Shown here: positions 44,695 to 53,023 of the stretch, piece by piece
Layout of the letters: every line of letters begins with the position of its first letter
Numbering within the stretch: the stretch's first letter is position 1
Program-made: the position numbers and the translations under genes
Source: an uncultured Bdellovibrionales bacterium
GTDB lineage: Bacteria; Patescibacteriota; Minisyncoccia; Moranbacterales; UBA1568
Direction: 5' to 3'
Assembly (NCBI GenBank): GCA_964436855.1
Contig: CAYTED010000005.1
Coordinates: 2,539 to 66,538 of the forward strand
Length of the DNA: 64,000 nt
Notes under the pieces: generated by a model
Databases searched by the model: none
What the model was told of the DNA's origin: nothing
The model's input: only the letters and a program-made list of their open reading frames with translations

Positions 44695-46968
44695 TTATTC
44701 GTTCACCTGATCGAACTTCACTGAAAGTAATTTTGAAACGCCATCCTCTCCCATTGTCACACCATAGAGGAGCGAAGCTTGTCGCATAGTTTCGCGATTA
44801 TGCGTGATCGCGATAAATTGCGTGTGTGTTCCAAGATCTTGGAGTACACGACTGAATCGGCGGGAATTCGCCTCATCAAGCGCTGCTTCAACCTCGTCAA
44901 GCACAGCAAACGGCGGCGGATTGTGTGAAATAATCGAAAAAAGAAGCGCGAGCGACGTAAGCGACCGTTCACCCCCAGAAAGCATTGAAAGATTCGCGAT
45001 ACGCTTTCCCGGAGGACAAGCAGAAATCTCTATTCCAAGCTCCCCTTCCGTCTCGTTTTCTTCCGGCACTTCACTATCCATATCTCCATCATCTTCCGCT
45101 CGCCTGCGCGGTCGAATGCGAATTTTTTTCAATTCCGCTTTCCCGCCATTGAAAATAATTCCGAAGTATCGTTCAAACTCTTTTGCAATCGAATCAAACG
45201 CTTCTTCAAACGCGTGGTCGATTTTCTCGTCCATTTCCGCGATCACCCCTTCGAGCGATTCCATCGCCTTTTTCAAATCCTCGCTTTCCTTCGAGAGAAA
45301 CTGAAAACGTTTTTCCGTTTCCTCATACTCTTCAAGCACGAAAGGATCGATACCGCCCGCTTGCTCCGACTCCACCTTGAGTCGGGAAATTTCCCTTGTC
45401 AGACGATCCCGATCTTTCGGCTCTCCGTCCCAAGCAAGACTTGCCGGATCCATCGCAAGTTCCGCGCGAACCTCGGCCAATACATCTTCTTCGCGCACTT
45501 CGACGCGCGCAAGCCTCACTTTCGTTTCGTTCAGAGCATCCTTCTCTCTCTGCAGCATTTGTTCCTTCTCGCGCAATTCGCGTTCCGTATGAAAAAATTT
45601 CTCGCGAGCTTCGCGCCCCTTCTCGCGAGCGAGGCGAATCAATTCTTCTTTTTCCGCAATCGACGTATCAAACACTGCGATGGATTGCTCGAGCGTTTTT
45701 TGTTCCATTGCCAACGCCGCGAGCTTTTCCTCGATTGCTTTTCGCTCCTCTTCGGGAAGCGAGATGATTTTCTTTTCCATGACTGTCCCCGCCCCGGCCT
45801 TTTCGTCGAGCTCCCGAAGCGAGCGCGCAATACCGGATGCGGCATCTCGAATGACGCCCAATTCCGAAAGATCTTTCACGTCGGATATTTTTTGAATCAG
45901 TATTTTCTGCTCTTTCTCAATTGTCCCGATCGCGCCGCGAACATACGGAAGATCAACCGGAATTACGGTTACCTCTTCGCGATCTTTTTTCTTTTCTTCT
46001 TCAATTTCAATCCGCCCCGAAAGAATAGCGAGCGAGCGCTCATTCGTATTTTTTTCCGCACGAAGCGTCTCGATCTCTTCAGAAAACGTGTCTGTCGATC
46101 GATCCTCCTCGACCGATTTCGAAAGCATTTCCACGTCTTGTCGCAGTGCCTCTACCGATCGTTCAAGAGCTTCCGTTTTTGCCGTCGATGCGTCGCGATC
46201 GTGCATCAGCGCCTCACGCTCGTGTTGAAATTCCGCCCACAGAAATCCATACAGCTCCACTTGTTTCGCTCGAAGACGCTCGACGAGCGTTTTCGCTTGC
46301 GACGCTTTTTCCGCCTGCCTCCGCAAGTGCTTCAGATGCGGTTCGATTTCTACGAGCAGAGTTTCAACGCGTGTGATATTCTCTCTCGTCGATTCAAGCT
46401 TCCGGCGCGCACGATCTTTTTCGATCTGATACGGTTTCACCCCTGCTGCATCTTCGAATATCGATCGGCGTTCGAGTGGCGTCGCCTGAAGAACTGCGTC
46501 CGACATCCCCTGGGTAATCACGCAGTAACTCTCTCGTCCAACGCCCGCCCGAGCAAGAAGGTCGACAACATCAAGCAAACGCACGTGGTTTCCATTGATA
46601 AAATATTCACCTTCGCCATTCCGATAAACTTTCCGTGCAATGGAGACATCGGAATATTCGATCGGAATCCGCTTATCGGAATTATCAAAATAAAGCGTTA
46701 CCGCAGCACTTCCGAGGCGTGCCTTCTTTCCCGATCCCGAAAAGATAACGTCTTCCGATTTTTTCCCGCGAAGATTTTTTGACGATTGCTCGCCAATCGC
46801 CCACCGAATCGCGTCTGCCACATTCGACTTTCCGGAACCATTCGGCCCGACGATCGCCGTAATACCACACCGCTTGCCATTGGAAATATCGCACTCGGGC
46901 AAAAAGTCGAGCACGGTCTTATTCGCAAATGATTTGAATCCATTTATTTCAAGACGCTTTAAGTACAC
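44695..46968 (-). CDS. smc: SMC-family chromosome-condensation ATPase, short form (757 aa)
   Basis: N-terminus (M)YLKRLEINGFKSFANKTVLDF...IVGPNGSGKSNVADAIRWAIGE. C-terminus has LSGGERSLTSLALLFSI and AVLDEVEAALDEAN. GTG start. About 400 aa shorter than canonical Smc. Confidence 0.75.
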   Translation of the reverse strand: MYLKRLEINGFKSFANKTVLDFLPECDISNGKRCGITAIVGPNGSGKSNVADAIRWAIGEQSSKNLRGKKSEDVIFSGSGKKARLGSAAVTLYFDNSDKRIPIEYSDVSIARKVYRNGEGEYFINGNHVRLLDVVDLLARAGVGRESYCVITQGMSDAVLQATPLERRSIFEDAAGVKPYQIEKDRARRKLESTRENITRVETLLVEIEPHLKHLRRQAEKASQAKTLVERLRAKQVELYGFLWAEFQHEREALMHDRDASTAKTEALERSVEALRQDVEMLSKSVEEDRSTDTFSEEIETLRAEKNTNERSLAILSGRIEIEEEKKKDREEVTVIPVDLPYVRGAIGTIEKEQKILIQKISDVKDLSELGVIRDAASGIARSLRELDEKAGAGTVMEKKIISLPEEERKAIEEKLAALAMEQKTLEQSIAVFDTSIAEKEELIRLAREKGREAREKFFHTERELREKEQMLQREKDALNETKVRLARVEVREEDVLAEVRAELAMDPASLAWDGEPKDRDRLTREISRLKVESEQAGGIDPFVLEEYEETEKRFQFLSKESEDLKKAMESLEGVIAEMDEKIDHAFEEAFDSIAKEFERYFGIIFNGGKAELKKIRIRPRRRAEDDGDMDSEVPEENETEGELGIEISACPPGKRIANLSMLSGGERSLTSLALLFSIISHNPPPFAVLDEVEAALDEANSRRFSRVLQDLGTHTQFIAITHNRETMRQASLLYGVTMGEDGVSKLLSVKFDQVNE

Positions 46969-47146
46969 AATGGGGAATCAGGAATTATGAATCAGGAATA
47001 AAAAATAAAAACTATTCAGAGAAACCAAAAAATGGCTCTTTTCTGAATCTTGATTCTTTATTCTTCATTCTACATTCTCCCCTCATTTCAGGCAAAAAGA
47101 AAAGCCGAGAGAATTTCTCGGCTTGATTTCGGAGCCTTCACTTCAT

Positions 47147-47275
47147 CTAGTCCTCACCGAGGAGGTATTTCCACACATCCTTCATCCGCAGACCGCAAAA
47201 GATGAGACAGAGGATGAGAATGAGGAGGAGGAGGAGGAGAATGAAAATACCTACACCCACAACCCATTTTAGCAT
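47147..47275 (-). CDS. candidate 42-aa hydrophobic micro-protein (MLKWVVGVGIFILLLLLLILILCLIFCGLRMKDVWKYLLGED)
   Basis: Manual translation of the minus strand; absent from the ORF track because it is under 60 aa. Single TM helix with a poly-Leu core. Confidence 0.25.
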   Translation of the reverse strand: MLKWVVGVGIFILLLLLLILILCLIFCGLRMKDVWKYLLGED

Positions 47276-47288
47276 TTCGCCCTCCCCT

Positions 47289-47420
47289 TTACCGCCAAAA
47301 GCCTTGCTTGAATGAATTCAGGAACCACGCCCAGGCGTTCTCGATGCGCGGAATGGCAAGCAGGAGAACCATGACGAGCGCAACGATAATTGTAAGCGTA
47401 TCCGGCGACACCTCAAACAT
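47289..47420 (-). CDS. candidate 43-aa membrane micro-protein (MFEVSPDTLTIIVALVMVLLLAIPRIENAWAWFLNSFKQGFWR)
   Basis: Manual translation. Sits in tandem 13 nt upstream of the 42-aa ORF on the same strand. Confidence 0.25.
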   Translation of the reverse strand: MFEVSPDTLTIIVALVMVLLLAIPRIENAWAWFLNSFKQGFWR

Positions 47421-47569
47421 TTCGAGTCTCCTCTTGTTGATTGGAACAAATTGTTACGGAACAGCATTCCTCACTTTTCTCTCTTTTCAAGAAAAAAGTC
47501 AAGCCGAACTTTGAAAGAGGCTTCCCTCGTCCATTATTCTTAATTCCTGATTCTTGATTCTTCCGAAAC

Positions 47570-48262
47570 CTACCACCCTTTCGCGAGGAGGCCTTTTTTG
47601 GCGGCGTCGCGCTGCGCTTCTTGCTTGGATTTCCCCTCTCCCTCCGCAATAAGTTCTTCGTCAAGATACACGCCGGCGACAAAATGCCGGTCATGATCCG
47701 GACCGGATTCACGCAATACGCGGTACGATGGTGTGATATTTACTTTTTCCTGCGCGATTTCCTGAAATCGACTCTTCGGATCGGCGTATGATCCTTCTTT
47801 CAATACTTCCGGCAAATGCGTCACGACATTTTTCAAAATAAAATCTTTTGCGGCTTCGTACCCCTGATCGAGATAGAGCGCACCAATAACCGATTCCATC
47901 GCATTCGCAAGAAGATATTGTCGCGCGCGACCGGTATCTTTCGCCTCGCCACGGCTCATCAAGAGAAACTCCTCGATACCGAGATCCTTTGCGATACCCG
48001 CGAGCATTTCGCCATTTACAAGCGCCGCGCGCCATGCCGTGAGCTCCCCTTCCGGATTGTCGTAGTGATGATAGAGATATTCCGTCACCACAAGCTCAAG
48101 CACCGCGTCGCCGAGAAATTCGAGGCGTTCGTTGTGATTCAGTTTGTACCCTCGATGTTCATTGAGATACGATCGATGCGTAATCGCTTCCTGAAAAAAA
48201 ACCGAGTTCTTGATATCGATCCCGAGATGCTTCCCGAATGTTTCGGGAGAAAAAAGTTCCAT
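47570..48262 (-). CDS. rnc: ribonuclease III
   Basis: RNase III signature ERLEFLGDAVLELVV and a C-terminal dsRBD. Confidence 0.9.
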   Translation of the reverse strand: MELFSPETFGKHLGIDIKNSVFFQEAITHRSYLNEHRGYKLNHNERLEFLGDAVLELVVTEYLYHHYDNPEGELTAWRAALVNGEMLAGIAKDLGIEEFLLMSRGEAKDTGRARQYLLANAMESVIGALYLDQGYEAAKDFILKNVVTHLPEVLKEGSYADPKSRFQEIAQEKVNITPSYRVLRESGPDHDRHFVAGVYLDEELIAEGEGKSKQEAQRDAAKKGLLAKGW

Positions 48263-48386
48263 AGGAGCTTCGACTCCTCGATTGCGAATGACGAATTACG
48301 GAAAGGCACCGCATACCACGCCATTCGCAAGAGAGAAATGCCCGTTTATATTATTTCATTAACTCCCTCCTTCACCAAAAAAAACG

Positions 48387-48965
48387 CTATTCACTCTTCT
48401 TTTTTTTCTTTGTGACCGTTTTGGATTTTTCGTTTTTTTCAGACGGTGCTTCGGAAGAATTTTTTTTCTTTCCTTTCTTTTCCTTGTCTTCTTTTTTCTC
48501 CTCCAAGCGCGCCTTGTGTTTTTCCGAGTCATCATCCCTCATTGGCTCGCCCATCTCGCGATAAATCGTCCCCAAGACACCGTTCACAAATCGTGGGCTT
48601 GAATCGCTCCCGAATGATTTCGCAAGCTCAATCGCTTCGTTAATCGCCACCTTCGGCGGAACCTCGTCGTAATTTCCAAACATCAATTCAAAAATTCCGA
48701 GCCGCAGGACATTCCGATCCACGACCGCTACCTGATCAACCGGCCACTCGGGCGCGCACTTTTCAATCAATTTGTCGATTATCGGAAGCTCGCGGATAGT
48801 TCCCAAAAATAAATTTTCGGCAAAATCCGACGCCTCAATCCCCGGGGCAAATTCTTCCACATTGTGTCGAAGAATCGGGTCGACATTTTCGTCCTTCCGC
48901 CCTCGAAAATCCCACTCAAAAAGACACTGCATCGCGAGTGAACGTTGGAGGTGTCGATTGGCCAT
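48387..48965 (-). CDS. nusB: transcription antitermination factor NusB with a Lys-rich C-terminal tail
   Basis: [13 protein letters not shown] and the NusB all-alpha fold, plus a KEKKGKKKN tail. Confidence 0.75.
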   Translation of the reverse strand: MANRHLQRSLAMQCLFEWDFRGRKDENVDPILRHNVEEFAPGIEASDFAENLFLGTIRELPIIDKLIEKCAPEWPVDQVAVVDRNVLRLGIFELMFGNYDEVPPKVAINEAIELAKSFGSDSSPRFVNGVLGTIYREMGEPMRDDDSEKHKARLEEKKEDKEKKGKKKNSSEAPSEKNEKSKTVTKKKKKSE

Positions 48966-49017
48966 AGGATTTTTGTTTTTGAAGGAAACGGTTTTGAGGG
49001 AAAATTTTGGCTTTTAT

Positions 49018-49233
49018 TCAGCCTTTTTTTGAAGATGTTTTTTTCAATTTCGGTGTCGCAGCCTTTTTTGCGATATCGCGACCACGATACGAACCGCACT
49101 TCGGACAGGCCCGATGCGGAACAACCGGAGAACTGCATTTCTCACAAGAAATGGTCTTCGTTGCGCGAAGTCGGAGTTCTTTACGCGCCCGGTCACGGCG
49201 CTGTTTGGTATGTCTCTGTTTTGGCAATGCCAT
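49018..49233 (-). CDS. rpmF: 50S ribosomal protein L32
   Basis: MALPKQRHTKQRRDRAR N-terminus and a C4 zinc ribbon (CEKC...CPKCGSYRG). Confidence 0.75.
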   Translation of the reverse strand: MALPKQRHTKQRRDRARKELRLRATKTISCEKCSSPVVPHRACPKCGSYRGRDIAKKAATPKLKKTSSKKG

Positions 49234-49382
49234 AGTGTTTTCCTTACGAATCGGTTAAACAAGAACGAAGTCAATGTAACACACAAGAAAGATGCAGGCA
49301 AGTTCCTCTTTCACCTCGTGGCTCCTTCTACCAAAAAGGAATGGAACCCCTCCTTTCAGAATGCATTTTCATAGGATCTTTC

Positions 49383-50960
49383 CTACTTATGACCGAGAAA
49401 ACCCTGTGCAATTGCACGAAATTCCTTTTCCTCTTCTTGCTTCCATATCTCATCTCGTCCCAATTCATCAGACAGTATATCAAGTACCAAGGGAATGCTT
49501 TCGATTGCTGCCTTGATATTCAGAAAGGTGGCACGAGTCCTCCGGGAAAGAATATCATCGAGTGTTCGAGCCATTTCACAACGTATAGCAAACAGTACTT
49601 CAGCAATAGTTATTGGAAGGTCAGGATGAATCTTATCCTTCCAGTCCGGGTGTATACCAATCCATTCTTCGAGTACCATTGCGTCCGAACCATACTGCCC
49701 AAATACTCCCAGCTGTTCTGGATGTTGGTGGTACCCATGTATATTCAGTGTTTTGGTCACGCATGGACGACTCTCCAGTGAGGCAAGGATTGCCGCTTGA
49801 TCAACACACTCTTCTGCCATTTTCCGATACGTTGTCCATTTTCCTCCAGCAACGGTTATGAGCCCCGATGATGTAATATCAATGACAAAATCACGAGAAA
49901 GCGCCGCGGTATCCCTCCCTGATCCACTTCGTACGAGAGGGCGAATCCCCGCAAAAACACTCAATATATCTTTTCGAGTCGGGGTATTCGCAAGATAAGG
50001 AGCCGCCGTTTCGAGAATAAAATCAATTTCTGATTCCAGGGGTACCGGATCAATAGATACTGTTTCAAGAGGAGTATCCGTTGTGCCAAGCAGCGTCGTA
50101 CCATGCCATGGAATCGCAAACATAAGCCTCCCATCCCGAGTATGCGGCACCATAATAGCCGCATCCCCCGGAAGAAATTTTTTTGGAAGCACGATATGCG
50201 TTCCCTGACTGGGGGCAATCATCTGTTGAGAGGAGATCCCTTCCATCTTTCGAATAGAGTCACTCAACGGCCCCGTCGCATTGATCACACTGTGAGCGTA
50301 TATGTTGTATTCCCTGCCCGTTTCTCTATCAAGCACCGATACGCCACTGACCATCCCCTCATGATTATGCTGAATGCCCGTTACTGACATTCCATTTACC
50401 ACAACTGCCCCTTCGTCAACTGCTGTCCGAATAATATTGATCAACAAACGCGCATCATCAAATTGTCCGTCATAATACACTACTCCCCCCAGAAGGCCAT
50501 CCGTGTTGAGCGTGGGAATATGCTTGAGCACTTCCGATTTCGAAAGCATTTCCGACTTCCCAAAACCATATTTTCCGGCAAGCAAATCATACACTTTCAT
50601 TCCAATCCCATAAAATGGCCCTTCCCACCAGGAATATTCCGGGACGATGAAGGGGCATTTTCGAACCAAGTGCGGCGCATTCTGATGCAATAATCCCCGT
50701 TCATGGAGTGATTCAATAACCAGCGGAATATTCCCTTGTTCCAAATAACGCACTCCGCCATGGATTAATTTTGTCGATCGGCTTGACGTCCCTTTTCCAA
50801 AATCACTCTGCTCGAACAAGCAGACTGCGTATCCGCGAGATGCCGCGTCAAGCGCAATACCAGCTCCAGTCACTCCGCCGCCAATGATAATCATATCCCA
50901 AGGGAGGCTTCGTTCCGTGAGCTTTTTTAATTGTCTGTCGCGCTGCATATGGGTCGGCAT
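49383..50960 (-). CDS. glpD: FAD-dependent glycerol-3-phosphate dehydrogenase/oxidase
   Basis: DMIIIGGGVTGAGIALDAASRG Rossmann motif, GGKWTTYR, and a GlpD-type C-terminal domain. Start at ATG 50960 to avoid overlap with the HAD gene. Confidence 0.85.
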   Translation of the reverse strand: MPTHMQRDRQLKKLTERSLPWDMIIIGGGVTGAGIALDAASRGYAVCLFEQSDFGKGTSSRSTKLIHGGVRYLEQGNIPLVIESLHERGLLHQNAPHLVRKCPFIVPEYSWWEGPFYGIGMKVYDLLAGKYGFGKSEMLSKSEVLKHIPTLNTDGLLGGVVYYDGQFDDARLLINIIRTAVDEGAVVVNGMSVTGIQHNHEGMVSGVSVLDRETGREYNIYAHSVINATGPLSDSIRKMEGISSQQMIAPSQGTHIVLPKKFLPGDAAIMVPHTRDGRLMFAIPWHGTTLLGTTDTPLETVSIDPVPLESEIDFILETAAPYLANTPTRKDILSVFAGIRPLVRSGSGRDTAALSRDFVIDITSSGLITVAGGKWTTYRKMAEECVDQAAILASLESRPCVTKTLNIHGYHQHPEQLGVFGQYGSDAMVLEEWIGIHPDWKDKIHPDLPITIAEVLFAIRCEMARTLDDILSRRTRATFLNIKAAIESIPLVLDILSDELGRDEIWKQEEEKEFRAIAQGFLGHK

Positions 50961-50968
50961 TTTAAAAA

Positions 50969-51781
50969 TTATTCGATCGCATAAGGAAGAATGTGCCACT
51001 TATTCTTTCTTGCTTCATCAGAAAGTCCATTCTTTCGATCTACTGCCACTCGAATATGAGCATAGGTCAGTAAAGAAAAATCATTCATGCTGTCTCCAAC
51101 TGCGAGTATTGGGCGAACCGTCGGATGAATCTTCTCTTGTAAACAAACAATCTTTCCATCTTCAACCGGCATTGGCTCCAGGGTTTCATTCATATACACT
51201 CCCTCTGATTCTTTCAGACAAATACCAAAACAATCCGTGAAAGGAAGTTTGTACTGTTGAAGTGCCGCTCGTACCAATACTTCCGGCGAAGCTGAAATGA
51301 TAAAAACTTTCATTTTTCGATCGAGACATTCCTGTAGAAGATGTGCGACAGATTTTCGCACACACAAACCCTTGGTAATCGGTACCCCGAGATATGTTTC
51401 AGTATCTAAAGTCGTTCCTTGGTCTCGAATGATTGCTTCGACCAGAGCGGGAATTTCATCAACACGAAACCCTGAAAGCGCTCGTAATAAAAACACGAAG
51501 GCATCCTTGGTCACTCCCTGTGACAATAGCTCATAGTAGTGGCGAAAAAAGGCATCGTGATATGCCTCAATATCTTCTCCAAGTACTGCATCATACAGGA
51601 GGGCCCGATTGCGGATCAGGCGATGTCGACACATATACGCAATGCAGGCTTGCTGAATATCATGCGCAATACATGTATCATCAAAATCAAATACTGCAAA
51701 ATGTGGATCTTCACACCCCTCTCGTATGACGCTATCGACATGATCAAGGATGGGTTGTGTCGATGATGTGAGATATTGCAC
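50969..51781 (-). CDS. HAD-superfamily phosphatase (subfamily IB-like)
   Basis: Motif I AVFDFDDTCI, motif II S/T, a conserved Lys, and motif IV GDSMND. Confidence 0.6.
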   Translation of the reverse strand: MQYLTSSTQPILDHVDSVIREGCEDPHFAVFDFDDTCIAHDIQQACIAYMCRHRLIRNRALLYDAVLGEDIEAYHDAFFRHYYELLSQGVTKDAFVFLLRALSGFRVDEIPALVEAIIRDQGTTLDTETYLGVPITKGLCVRKSVAHLLQECLDRKMKVFIISASPEVLVRAALQQYKLPFTDCFGICLKESEGVYMNETLEPMPVEDGKIVCLQEKIHPTVRPILAVGDSMNDFSLLTYAHIRVAVDRKNGLSDEARKNKWHILPYAIE

Positions 51782-51848
51782 AGAAACAGAAATTCACCAG
51801 AGATTACTTAAGGGAAGCATATCAGACAAGCACATCAATGAATAGGGA

Positions 51849-52511
51849 CTATTTTCCAAAGAATCGCTTGTTTGCATTTTCTGGGATAGCAAGAAAGACG
51901 GGTCGAAACGATATCCGATGAATTGGTGAGGGGCCAAAACGTCGAAGTGCATCCAGATGGAGATTCGTGCCATACCCCTTATGTTGCGCAAATCCGTACT
52001 GCGGAAATTTCTGATCATACTCACTCATCATCCGGTCACGCGTTACCTTCGCGATAATCGATGCCGCCGCGATCCCCTTCACTTTCGCATCTCCATCCAC
52101 CACTGCTTCCTGTTCGTACGATATATGCGGGATGGGCTGGTTTCCATCTACCAGTATTTTAAGTTTTTGAGTTTTTGGTCCCGATTTTTGATGCATTATT
52201 ACTCGCTGTAACTCCGAAATCGCAGCCCGCATCGCAAGAAATGTCGCCTCGAGAATATTTACTCGATCGATCGTCTCCGAATGAATAAGCCCTACGCCGA
52301 CAAGAAAATGCTCTTGTATGAATCCGAACATTCTTTCCCTCTGTTTTTCCGAAAGTCTTTTGGAATCACGAATATATTTCCACTCCGGAGACTCCGTCAA
52401 TTTCTCTTCCAATTCACGAAAACACACTGCCGCTGCGACAACCGGTCCGGCAAGCGGCCCCCGTCCCGCTTCATCAACCCCGACAATGATTGTTTCATTT
52501 TTTTCTTCCAT
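51849..52511 (-). CDS. rnhB: ribonuclease HII
   Basis: VGVDEAGRGPLAGPVVAAAV catalytic DEDD motifs. Confidence 0.9.
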   Translation of the reverse strand: MEEKNETIIVGVDEAGRGPLAGPVVAAAVCFRELEEKLTESPEWKYIRDSKRLSEKQRERMFGFIQEHFLVGVGLIHSETIDRVNILEATFLAMRAAISELQRVIMHQKSGPKTQKLKILVDGNQPIPHISYEQEAVVDGDAKVKGIAAASIIAKVTRDRMMSEYDQKFPQYGFAQHKGYGTNLHLDALRRFGPSPIHRISFRPVFLAIPENANKRFFGK

Positions 52512-52836
52512 ACGGATATTGTGCCAGAGGTTCCGTTCTTTGCAAATTTTTCATTGTATAGCATCATTTCGGGTATCAGCTTGGTTCCAGAAACCTTTCC
52601 TGCCTTCTTCCTTTTGTTCGGAGGAACAGTTCTCCTCGTTCTTACGTCTCCCATTGCTGCATTTGCAGCATTCTGGAAAAGCATCGTTGGCAGATCCTCA
52701 CACGGACTTCGTGCTACCCAAAGGCCCGTCTTCGGGTGGGCTGTTTTCTTTCTCGAAATCCCGCTATACTGAAATTGATTTTTCTTCCCTGCAAAACCCA
52801 AGGAGTAATCCGGGAAATGAGGGAAACGCCACTGCA

Positions 52837-52864
52837 ATGCCAAATTTCAAATGCCAAATTTCAA
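52837..52864. repeat. tandem 14-bp direct repeat (atgccaaatttcaa, two copies) inside a 510-bp AT-rich non-coding region
   Basis: Read directly from the sequence. Further caaaatttcaaat and ttcaaa(a)tt iterations follow up to 53020. Confidence 0.3.
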
Positions 52865-53023
52865 ATGACCTCACTCCTTTCGGTGTGGTTTTTTGTTGCC
52901 AAAAATTTCGAATTTCCAATTTTGAATTTTGAATCAATGTTGAAAAACGAATGTTTAAAATTTCAAATATTAAGATTTGAAACATTCATTCAAAGTTCAG
53001 AATTCAAAATTTAAAATTACTCT

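Larger units (their letters stand above)
46975..47563. repeat. region bracketed by GAATC-rich inverted repeats that share a perfect 13-bp core GAATCAGGAATTA
   Basis: Left arm gaatcaggaattatgaatcaggaat at 46975-46999. Right arm attcttaattcctgattcttgattcttcc at 47535-47563, whose reverse complement contains gaatcaggaatta. An internal GAATC cluster lies at 47043-47077. Confidence 0.4.

Noticed and set aside
45214-46782. Plus-strand ORF 45214-46782 (522 aa)
   Set aside because: Antisense to the SMC gene. Arg/Phe-rich low-complexity translation.
52837-52864. Possible CRISPR array (tandem 14-mer and GAATC-type repeats)
   Set aside because: Only two to three short irregular units with no unique spacers of 25-40 nt. 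No cas genes in the window.
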